Assembly: GCA_002633005.1 (NCBI GenBank)
Contig: NMRA01000001.1
Span: 1,335,755-1,399,754 of the forward strand
DNA length: 64,000 bases
Source of the DNA: Phoronis australis
Lineage: Eukaryota; Animalia; Phoronida
Direction of reading: 5' to 3'
Of the stretch, positions 35,901-47,900 are shown piece by piece. The notes under the pieces are model-generated. The model saw only the letters and a list, made by a program, of their open reading frames with translations. It was not told the DNA's origin and searched no databases. Positions within the stretch are counted from its first letter, which is position 1. Each line of letters begins with the position of its first letter. Made by a program: the position numbers and the translations under genes.

Positions 35901-38900
35901 GCTTTTGTTACTCTTGTCGATTTATCAAAAGTTGAATGGACTAATCAACTTCGCAATAAACTTGTTTCAAAGAGGTGTGTATTCTAGTCGATTTTTATAG
36001 TTGAGTTGATTACACCGGATTTAGCTTTTAAAATAAACCAAGGTTAAATTACAATGCAATCCGAAATTCATTTAATAGTAAACTTCAACACTTTTGATAT
36101 CAAAGTGATATTGATAAGCATGCAATAAATAATGTAATGCATTTGGCCTAAAGATTTTGACTAAACACATTCCATGTAGCATATATAGGTGTGAGGCCCA
36201 CGCACCTTTATTCCAAACTTAAATGATTTTTCAAAAAAAAATTTTTACATGCGCCAAAGTTTTACGTGTAGGCGCAGTCGGCTATTCTTTGTATGTGTGC
36301 ACGAGTTACTGTAAACAAAATCTAAAGGTTCCTTCTTGAGACATTGCGCCAAAATTTTCTAGCAAAAACTTGACTATCACGTTTTGACCTTGAAAACGAC
36401 GTCAAGGTCATCAAAATCACTGGCTACTGGAGATGCTGCACCTACACCTTGGTGCAAAATATAAACAAAGTCTAAAGATTCCGTGTTAAGATATCGCACC
36501 AACAATATTTTCTAACCAAAAATTGATTTTATCACTGTGAACTTGGAAAAGAGGTCAAGGTCAGCAAAAGCAACTGTCGTCTGAAGATGCTCTACCTACA
36601 CCCTGGTACAAAATATGAACAAAATATGAGGCTTCCTTTATGAGATATCGAGGAAACGACAATTTCAAAGCAAAAAACTTGATTTTCTTAAGGTGTCCTT
36701 TATGGTGTTGATGTCAAGACCACTAAAATTTGCTGGCACCTGCAATGCCCCCCTCACCAACGTGAAAATTAAGAACATAATCTAAAGTTTCCTTCTTAAG
36801 ATATCAAGCAACTAGCATTGTGTGACGTTCGGACGTACTGTTATGAATAGTATGTCCCCCACTTGCACTAGCGCCCGGCTGGGGGCAGACATGGTGCCCA
36901 AACGCACAACTTAAAACACAATGTGTTCTCACTTGAAAAGACCCAGTTCAGAAATATATCGTCACCATCGGACTCCCCGATTTCATGGTCTGCGTCTCTC
37001 GTGCGGTTTGTGATATGTACGCATTCCAAGCCAGTCTGCGGAGGATATATCCTATAAACGAACGTCAAAAGTTGGATGTCGTGTAACATTGAAAATATAC
37101 CAAGATCAAGGATGATAAAAATAAACGCATCGTTTTACAGCAGTTGAAGGAGAATGCCATCCAAAAAACAACCTATTTTGTATCAGTTTAGATCGAGTAG
37201 TTCTATATACTCGATCGGCAGGTTCGGTTGCGTTACCTGACACCTGACGGCAGACGGAGGTGTTGAAATTATCCAGTGACGTAATTGGTTTCACACGCAG
37301 TCTGTTCAGCAGTTCACAACACGGGTTAGTGGTGTCAGATTATCGCTTGAATTCATCGTTTAACACCAATAAATCATCAAACTTCGATGTAAAACCCTTA
37401 AAAATACACCGAGTTCTTATAAAAACGTGTTGTTTTATTTCGCTGTTACGGATTTATTGGTATTTGGACACCGTAACCTACAAAGTTCGGCAGGCCAATT
37501 TACCAAGGTCCGTAGCAGGAGTTTGGGGTCTGTTCGGAGATAAATTCGAAGTATTCTTACGTGAAATACAGACAAGAGAATCAAGATCTGTGTTGTTTAT
37601 ACTTGTGATTTTTTTAGTTCTAAACTCACAAAACGCTTGTTATCCCCGCCAGTGGCTCGGAACCCGATCAGGCCCGTCGCGGCCGGACTGACTCGTTATC
37701 CCGGCCAGTCTGAGTGGCTCGGAACCCGATCAGGCCCGTCGCGGCCGCCCGGACTGGCACAAACATAAACCAGCTTGAGTTGGAAACTAAACTTCCAATC
37801 ACGAAAAGACTATAATAGTGAGCCAAAGAAATAATGTGCACTTAATTATTTATGTGAATTGGCTACGAAACTCGGAAAATCTACTTATTTGTGGGGGGCC
37901 GAGAAATCGGCCCCTTCCACAGACCGTCGGGACAAAGGTTTTCCCCTAACATGTGAAAATAGCATATAAAATCGAGTATTTGTTTTACAACAGCTTTCTG
38001 TCAGCAAACACTGAATTAGCATGCGCTCACACGGCCTCGGTGCCCGGTCAATTACCTTTGTTGCCGGCATCAAAAGCCGGTAACGCCGTGGTTTATTCAT
38101 TGCTGGCTTCTCAAAACATTTGCACTCACGCGGAGCACTCCAAGGCATTACAAATTGTATCTAATGAGACAGACTTTGTTTCAGTTCATATAAGCATTGG
38201 TTAGGATTATTTTAGGGTGAGAATAATTCATTTTGAAACAGAACGGAGAATAATAAACGTCTAGTATGGCAACTGCCCGGCGCCAATCCAGACTTTAGTC
38301 AAGAGCTCATCCGACGAAGACTTCACGGTTCGGATCGTTAGGATTCACAGGCTATTAGTTCGAACCGGAATACACTGATCAAGAAATACTAGAGAGGCGC
38401 CGTGAACATGCATAGGCAACGGAGCGTATGGATAGTTCTTTGGTAAGCCGGAATTCGTCAGAGAAATCACTGTCGACGTAATCCGGCCACAGACACGGAG
38501 ATGTTTCACGGCCTCATACTTGCTATTAACAGCATACCTTTCATTCTTCACTACCGCAAGCCACTTCCTAAGCATTTCGGGCTATCGAGGAAGTCGAAAA
38601 ACCGATATACCCGTTTTCTTCGCAGCTTCATAGTTCGGACAAGTGGGAACCGATACACCGCAATATAGCGGCATTCACTCTGCAGACGAACCACTGACGT
38701 CGCTGCGTCGCTTCTCACCTTCCTCTCGGCAAGGTGAGGTCGACCGTATAAGAGGCGATGTGGATAGAGACGGATTAAGACGGTAAAAAAGACTAATTAA
38801 ATCGGGTGGCATTCTCCTTTGACAGGAATGCTAACCCTTGTTTTTGTGATTTCATCTGAAATTGGTTAAGTAACTTGCTACTATGGATCGAGACGAGTAT

Positions 38901-41900
38901 TCCTTACTCGCAGAAGCCCGTGTCTCAAGTCAAGGTGGTAGTCAAGCGTGCCGATAACAAACCTTCATCAAATATTCTTCAATACTTCTGAGGATTTGCG
39001 GGGGTAACAGAGCCGTGTTTTATTTAACAATAATATAAATTTTCAAGGGGTAGTTTATCTCAGGATATAAAACAAGTCCAGTATCTGTTTAAGGAAACAT
39101 TGTGACTTAGGCAATAATTGTGGCAAAATGAGCACACAAATAGGAATCCGATTTCGTCATAAATGGACAAGAGGGGCTTTTTTTAACATCAAGTGACTCA
39201 CCCGTAAGGACAGTTGAACACTTTACGTGGCAAGTTGGATGAGCAATTTCTACTTGAAGTTGTCAAGTTCTTGTCGTCCGCGTTATTGTAACGAAGAATA
39301 CTAAAGTGCTTGATGGGCTGAACTGGTGTCTAAAGTGAAAACATATGATAACATCGCTTTAGTGGCAATCTTTGACATCCATACTTTGAAGTTACATTTC
39401 GGCCTTTTCAGCTGGCTAAAAATGAAAATCGAACAAGCTCATCAAATTGTTCTCACAACATTCTTTATCGTGATGCCAACATCAACATCGAAAGCGTCAG
39501 AGACTTGAAGAACACGCTTCTAAGTTTATTGGGGTTAAGCAACCATAAAATTGTGAATTAAAATTCATTTGGCGCATGTAAGCATTCCCTGGGACTTGAT
39601 TTGCCGGTTCATTCGGCAACAATTCAAGACCGGTGTAAAGTATTAAACCCAAAGAATTCAATATTCACAGCTAAACAGCGGTGAAATGTCCCTTCAAACC
39701 ATATTATTGGATGTAGATGTAACACGCTACCAGACAAGACGCTGAGAGCTATAAGGTCCATTTGAATTTTAATCCGAGTTAACTGGGGTACATATCACAA
39801 AAGAAACTAGCTGAACGAGACAAATCTTTGACTCGAAAGTCATGAGCCAATACTGTCTTTTAATTTCAAACAAATCGCAGCCCTTTCCAGCTTACCTTTG
39901 TACTAAGTGTCATGACCTCGAGCGTTTCTGATCGAATCCAGTACTTTCCGTCTTTTTGCGTAGCGTTGATATAGAAATCAAATCTCTCGCCAGGAGTGAT
40001 GATAATGTATTGAACTTTTATTTCGGAAAACTCGTAGCCGTCACTCGCCGTTACAAAAAGGTCGTGCTGAAAATTTTGACATTAAATAATTAATTTTTAC
40101 GAATATTATCTGAAGATCACAATTCAAACACTTCTAAACAAGTGTTTAATGAAGTCACGCAAAACCTACCGTTGCTATTGCACGGTTATTGCCCCCACGT
40201 CAACACAACGTGGCCCCCACAACACTCCACTCACCCAAAGCCTGAGCACGCGACTTAGTAAAGAGTTCTGAAACTTGATCAAAATATTGCTGGTTTACTA
40301 GGGTAATAGCGCATTATTGTGTTTCAAAGCTGTATAGTGACAGTTAATTTCTGTCATTAGGCTAAATAATGGTTTAGTTTTCTAAAAACGTTTCCAATGT
40401 AGTAAAGCCAATTTCCATTTTTTATTAATTAAAAAAGTTAAATTAGGGAAATTCTTTATGACTTCTTTGTCCATACCTCGTCAATAGAAACTTGGATAGA
40501 GTATGCAAAAGCAGCATTAATAACCCTGAACTTGTAGCGATTCCCCGATACAACGTCGTATGTATCAAATGGTTTCTTTGGGTGCTCAGCATTCATCCTG
40601 TCTGGAAAGTAGTGACCTGTTACGAGAAAGTATTTTGGGTAAATAATATTTCTGCGAAGATTCCCTTGTCAATGAAGATCACTTTTTCGGCAATAGTCTG
40701 ACGTATTGTGCCTGTATTTTGATAAACAGTTTGATGCCCGTTATTCAGTGGAGAAAACTGGTTCTCACCATTTGGGCACGTTATATTAGACCATTACCAT
40801 TTTTTCTATGACGGCCCTCAATTCATCTCTTCAACGTACACTCTTTCACGGCCTCAAGACCAAACACAAAAAGAGGGAAGAGACAACAATTTGTCCAAAG
40901 TCCATCCGCGATTACTGTGGAGTAATTTCCGAGACAGCAGAGTATTACTGAGGAATAGCTGTGGCGCATATTATCCAGTGTAGAGCTGCTAGAAGGAGAA
41001 CAAAATGTAATGTCACAGCATTTGGAGGCTTTAAAGTACTGTCTCCATTCACAAAGCAATTTAAGATCAGTCTACAACCGGGTAGATTCGGCTGGGAAGT
41101 TTCCTAGGGTATGAACAGAAAATGGAAAATTCGTCAGCACGTGAATAACTTTTACAGCTGAGTCCATATCATGAAGGTCATTTATGAAGAGGAGGAAAAG
41201 CAAAGGACCCAGCACACTGTCTTGAGGAACACCGGCATTCACAAAGCCTCTGCGGGATTCACCCGAGAGCTACCAGCAACTCGTACTTTGAATACAGTTG
41301 AATCAACTTCCCAGATATACCATATGTCTCCAGCTTTAGTAACAACAGTTGACGAGACACAACTTCAAAGGCGGAGGTTTCGTCTAAAGACACGTCTCTA
41401 ATATATTGTTTCCTTTTGCAAATTCTGCGTGTATGCCAAGAAAAAATTCAATTAACTGAGAGGTAGTGCAGGAGGTAAAATAAATCATTTGATATAAGAT
41501 GTTTACAGAGATGAGAAAATTTTATTTTCTCTAGAAGTTTAGACAAGGTACCGAACAGAGTAATAGGTAGATAGTTGTTTATATCCAAAAGTGCGTCCTT
41601 CTTATTAGGCGGTATTACATGATGCCAATTTTCCAAATACTTGAGAAACAACCCGCGGAAAGTATCTTGTTAAATAGTCTGGTTACGGGAACAGTCAAAG
41701 ACTGCGCCAGTATTTTGAACATAATACTCGTTAGCTGTGGTCAGAAGTACCGCTTTTACTAGTGTCAATATTCTCTACAACTTTTCTCACTTATGCTGGC
41801 GAAGTTTGAATGTAACAGATTTCCACATGCGGTTCTTAACTTAATTTGAGTAAACGACTGGCAAGATTCAACATGACATCTGCTGGAGAAGTATTTAGGC

Positions 41901-44900
41901 AGGCATCAATTCGGTTTTTTCCAGTTTGGTTGAGAGTCTCGCAACTATCACCAAGCTAAAAACAGGGAAAGGAGTCCATATTTAATTTACTAAGAAATTC
42001 TTTAACAAATCTCCAATACGCCTTGGAATCCAGTGGTTTACTTGAAATAGCATAAAATTTTCATGGTGCTTACCTTTGTAACAGGAAATGAGATTTTCAA
42101 CGTCAGCACCTTAGTCCTTGTGGCGTTGAAACGTCACTGCACAACCAGATATTTTGAACATCCGATATTACATGTACCTGGCTCTCCGTTTTAAGTAATC
42201 TTTTATGTGACTATAGAAACAAGGCTTGTTAGGTTTACTGAATGTCTTGAGATTGATAGGTATGTGGCATTTGGCTATCTCAAGCCTAGTGCTGGTTCCT
42301 AACTCAAACACAATTATATTAAAGTAATTTACAATTTAGTCAATGCATTCAGAGAAGAATATAATGATTCCAGTTCAACACTGGCCTTTAATATCTCCAA
42401 ATCGTCTTGTTTATAGGGGTTTCTCTTCACATTTCATTGTCATGTAACGAAGTTCGAATTGCATGATGATCGGAACCTCCAACAGGCGACCTGGCCTCAA
42501 TGAGGTTGATCGTTGTGATGTCATTTGTAATGAAAAAGTCAATGCATGTTGAGATAGATCCGTAACTCTGGTGGGCTGATCAACATCTTGAATACATTGG
42601 CGTGAAAGTAGAGCATCAAACAATTCAATTCCGACCTCGTTGTGAAAGTCTTAACACACCCAAGCTTTATTTCTGACACTAAAGTCTGTATGGACCAGGA
42701 TACTAGTTAACTAGAAATGAAGATAAAAGATTTGTTCACACAGGTACTCAATATGATTGCAAAAACTTAAATATTTAGAAGTAAGGTCCAACATGTCCTT
42801 AATGTGCTCATATGTTTCCCTACTCCCACTATATGTTACTGTTGATGGAGAGTATCTCACCGTTTCCATTAACTAGTAGAGATGTGAGCTGAGGTACTAT
42901 CGAAACAATGGTGCCATCTTGCTGGATATTCATCTTGTAACATTCAGAATTAACATCACCATGGCTTTTACGCTCTTTGTACCTTGAATTACAACAAGGG
43001 GTAGAACAGTGGAGTTACATTATAGCTACTAGGTTTCGTACTTAAATAAAATACCTGTCTCGAAGTTAACAGTGGCGGTGTAGCAGGGGGCGGCTCCGAC
43101 GAGGGGTACAGGCCTTTATGAGGAGGGCATGCAAAGGCGCTTTTGGATGGGCCAAGCACGTCATGTAGCACTTTTGGGTGCGCCAAAAATCCGTTCGTGT
43201 AAAAAAAACTGCCGTATGACGCACTGTTTTAAAGAGAAGAGAAGCATTCTTCCACTTGCCCCCCTGGCTAATGGATAGCACACCGCTACTCTTTATTGCT
43301 GTGTAAAACGCTCCAGACTAAACGTTGCACAATGTATGGGCGGTGCAGAACTGAAATAAGTGGGGGCTTTAGCCCCCCCTCCGACCCCTATGGTGCGACG
43401 CCCATGCAATGACGCTTCTAAAATTTTGTTTGAAGTTGGTTTGAATATTTCAAAAGAAGTAATTTCGTGGAAAATTAAACCAGTGAATGCAAGTACCAAT
43501 GCTGTTAATGTTAACTTTTTTGACGTGGGACGTTTTCGCTCATGAGGTTAGACGAAGTGGAAAATCCAAATTTCCAAAACACTGGATTTGTGTTACGACG
43601 TTTAAATTGGCTGTCGCTCATTTGTATGAAAATTGAAATGCAGAGCTGTGTTGACTTTGCTTTGATTCTATCGGTAAACAATTAAGTGAAAAGAAAGTTA
43701 AAACCAATAATTGCGTTCGATACTTAAAGGCATATTACGCGCTACATCGCCTGGTCAAATGTACCCAAATTCAAGGTTACACAAAACGTACCGAGAGTGG
43801 CGTAGATGAAGTAATATCCCACGAGACANTAGCATAAAATTTTCATGGTGCTTACCTTTGTAACAGGAAATGAGATTTTCAACGTCAGCACCTTAGTCCT
43901 TGTGGCGTTGAAACGTCACTGCACAACCAGATATTTTGAACAACCGATATTACATGTACCTGGCTCTCCGTGTCAAGTAATCTTTTATGTGACTATAGAA
44001 ACAAGGCTTGTTAGGTTTACTGAATGTCTTGAGATTGACAGGTATGTGGCATTTGGCTATCTCAAGCCCAGTGCTGGTTCCTAGCTCAAACACACTTGTA
44101 TTAAAGTCATTTACAATTTGGTCAATGCCTTCAGAGAAGAATATAATGATTCCAGTTCAACACTGGCCTTTAATATCTCCAAATCGTCTTGTTTATAGGG
44201 GTTGCTCTTCACATGCCATTGTCATGTAACGAAGTTCGAATTGCATGATGATCGGAACCTCCAACAGGCGACCTGGCCTCAATGAGGTTGATCGTTGTGA
44301 TGTCATTTGTAATGAAAAAGTCAATGCATGTTGAGACAGGTCCGTAACTCTGGTGGGCTGATCAACATGTTGAATACATTGGCGTGAAAGGAGTGCATCA
44401 AACAATTCAATTCCGACCTCGTTGTGAATGTCTTAACACAGCCAAGCTTTATTTCTGACATTAAAGTCTGTATGGACCAGGATACTAGTTAACTAGAAAT
44501 GAAGATAAAAGATTTGTTCACACAGGTACTCAATATGATTGCAAAAACTTAAAAATTTAGAAGTAAGGCCCTACATGTCCTTAATGCGCTCATATGTTTC
44601 CCTACTCCCACTGTACGTTACTGTTGATGGAGAGTATCTCACCGTTTCCGTTAACTAGTAGAGATGTGAGCTGAGGTACTATCGAAACAATGGTGCCATC
44701 TTGCTGGATATTCATCTTGTAACATTCAGAATTAACATCACCATGACTTTTACGATCTTTGTACCTTGAATTACAACAAGGGGTAGAACAGTGGGGTTAC
44801 ATTATAGCTACTAGGTTTTCGTACTTAAATAAAATACCTAACTCGAAGTTAACAGACGTGGGACGTTTTCGCTCATGAGGTTAGACGAAGTGGAAAATCC

Positions 44901-47900
44901 AAATTTCCAAAACACTGGATTTGTGTTACGACGTTTAAATTGGTTGTCGCTCATTTGTATGAAAATTGAAAGGCAGAGCTGTGTTGACTTTGCTTTGATT
45001 CTATCGGTAAACAATTAAGTGAAAAGAAAGTTAAAACCAATAATTGCGTTCGATACTTAAAGGCATATTACGCGCTACATCGCCTGGTCAAATGTACCCA
45101 AATTCAAGGTTACACAAAACGTACCGAGAGTGGCGTAGATGAAGTAATATCCCACGAGACACTATTCCACGTGTCGAACGAGACCGAATCCCATACGATT
45201 CAAATTCCTCAGTTTCTTTCATTTTTCAGCGGATTTTTAAAAACTTTACTCCGACTGTTCACGTGGCGGATCACATCCTATATGTGTGTACTTGCGAGTT
45301 ACGTTGCAAGTTTTCTCTAGTAAAAGAAACTGTAGTGTAACGATTTATTACTTGAAAAGAGATAACTAAGATGAAAACAACGGTAACTGTGCATTGAACT
45401 TGTAATATCTCCTGAAAATAGTTAAATAACAACAATGTATATTGTAGTTACCGAGGAATCGGCGCCTGAGTTCCAGACGACTAGCAGTTGAAACTGAGAC
45501 AGAACTATCATGTAATTGACAGTCTTGTTCCAGATAATACGACTGGGACCTGATTGCATGTTGAGTGTTATTTACATAGCTGCAATTGTATTATTTTCAA
45601 CTATTTTCGGAAAGTTAGATGATCGAACCGGCTAACGACGTAGAGTCGACATTGACCTACCTTAGTGAACTTTCCATGTCAGAGGTCACTGTTGAAGTAG
45701 TTCGGGAGGTGAATGCGGGAAACATTATTACATGTCCGTATTGCACTCGACTGATTCAATGCGTATGGGATAAAAATAAGAATCAAGCCGTTTAATAAGC
45801 CAAAGATAGTACCTTGATAACAATATGAACCATGAAACCGGAACACGTCTCGAAACAAAATCAAAACAAGTGATTTCGCCGTTTATTAAAACGGAACCGA
45901 TGTTCTATGAAAGTAGACATAATTACCTATGTACCCGCCGATGTAGGCTCAATATGTCTTAAAAAGTAATTTAGTTAACAGGTGCCATTTTCGCATGCTT
46001 GGTTCGTGGTCCTACCGTGTGAGCACAATCACTTCTTTTCTTAATTTGTACTTTAAAAATCAGTTCATTTATTAATACTGTTACATCATTTAGCCGTGAT
46101 CGTTAATACATGTAATTAATGTACACCGCTTTTGGCCTACCCGTAAACTCTGCACCAACAACCCGATAGGCCTACGGGTAGGCCTATCGGGTTGTTGGTG
46201 CAGAGTTTACGTTTTGCTGTGAAAAATTGGTTGGTATAACAGGTGCCCTAGTGAACTGCTGCGGGAGAGGACAATGGTATTGTTAAGATGGTCCTGCTTT
46301 ATGGTAAGTCAGAACAAATGATAAGTGACTTTTTTCGTTTGAGTGCGCATGCCGCATTCGAGCACTTGAGTGTGCGTGTGTGTGTGTCAATCATTGCCAA
46401 CGAGCCCCCATGGAGATGCCTACCATATTCGGCGTGGACAGTGAGGGCATTAACAACAACACTTTAGCCCTGGAAAATATTGGCAGATTCGTTACCAGCA
46501 TAAAAATCAGTTAGGAACGATCTTTAAACCAAAAAGTCCACCAACAATTATTAAATTTCTTATAAGCTGAGCGTGATCTTCAGTTCCTAGGTCAGAAACG
46601 GAAGGTATGATTTGTATTGTTTATCTAACTACATCAACATTAAAGAAGTGAGGAAATTAGAGTATTTTGACAACTGGCTTAAATAATACTTAGCAGTACA
46701 CCAGAAAACAAGCTGACTGAGGATGACGTATCCTACTACAACGACTTTTTGAGAGGTGGAGATCCTTCGTAGACCACGTTTTTGGTTTTCGAGAAAAGCA
46801 AGATAACGCAAGACCTCACAAAATCACGCGAGTGAAAAGGGAGTGTTTCGAGAGTACTAGCTAGCCTACCCTAACGATTTCCACTAAAACGACTGGTCGG
46901 CGAGACTGGAGTGATGGAACTGTGAGATTAAATTCATTGTTTCGGTTCCACAAGCTGTCGACGAGACTCAGTTCAGCCCGGCTGAAGCCATGGTTTAAGC
47001 CGTTCCCCGACCAAATCTCTTTGCTGTTATGATTGAAGTTCACACATGCCCAGATATGAAACACCTCCGTGGAATAATTTGAAGCGACGGAAATACCCGA
47101 GCTGATTTGTGCGGTGCTGCTTTTCTCGTCGAGTTTCTTGCTTCTACAGAGCGCATTCCTAATCCTACCAGTTTTTCACGTTAACGGTGCTGAGAAAGTG
47201 TCCTTGAAAAATACTTACACGGCTTCATGGTATGTTATCTTGGGGGAAAATCAGAAGAATCTGACATCTGGATACCAGCAGCAGTTTGAATGAAAATGCA
47301 TGGACGGGTTCTCATAGGTATCCAAAATACATAGATATATTCAACTGACGCCAATGAAAATTGCATGGTTTGATTCTGATCTATGTATTTTGAAAACGCA
47401 TGCGAGAATGTGGTATCGTTTATTAGTTGTCCACTCATTCAACAAAGTCACCTGTTCCGAGCTGAAATGGATCGAGATTGTTCTTTTTGGTCCCGGTTTC
47501 AAAATGAGGCAGGTGCACATCAGAAACGATGCTGGTATTAAGTTTTTGGCCTAATGTTGCATCGGAAGTTTTGGAAAGCGGTTGTGTGACAATCAGTGGA
47601 AGTATGGGTCTGCTATGTAAACAAACCTGCCTAAACTGTATACCCATGAACTATTCGTACCTCCACAGTCCTGACGAAACACTTTCGAACAAGTCGACGG
47701 ACATCTCGGTACGAGACCAATCTTGAGCCATCATAACAAACTCTTTCTCAAACGTGGCGTTGTTAGATTCCTTTAATGAAATAGATGATTGGATAATGAA
47801 GTGGGTGATTCATTTTATTAAAGTTTAGTTTATTTGTTTATAATTGTTAAAGTCACATGGGTTCCATGCGTTAGCACTTGATATTTTTGTCACTTAGAGC

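Larger units (their letters stand above)
42048..45160. repeat. Direct duplication (42048-43828 vs 43830-45160) split by the N at 43829
   Basis: Near-identical copies; the left copy has an extra ~450 bp (about 43072-43521). Confidence 0.9.

Noticed and set aside
37260-37691. 143-aa plus-strand ORF
   Set aside because: Non-ATG start, no domain signal, antisense within an intron and running into a tandem repeat.
25031-45160. Dscam-like mutually exclusive exon system in the laccase as a firm claim
   Set aside because: Both duplications break exactly at single-N junctions and include near-identical introns and TEs, which is typical of haplotype redundancy. Kept only as a testable alternative.
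46861-47064. Minus-strand ORF as an extra laccase exon
   Set aside because: The donor phase is incompatible with exon 6, there is no multicopper oxidase similarity, and exon 5->6 already joins in frame.
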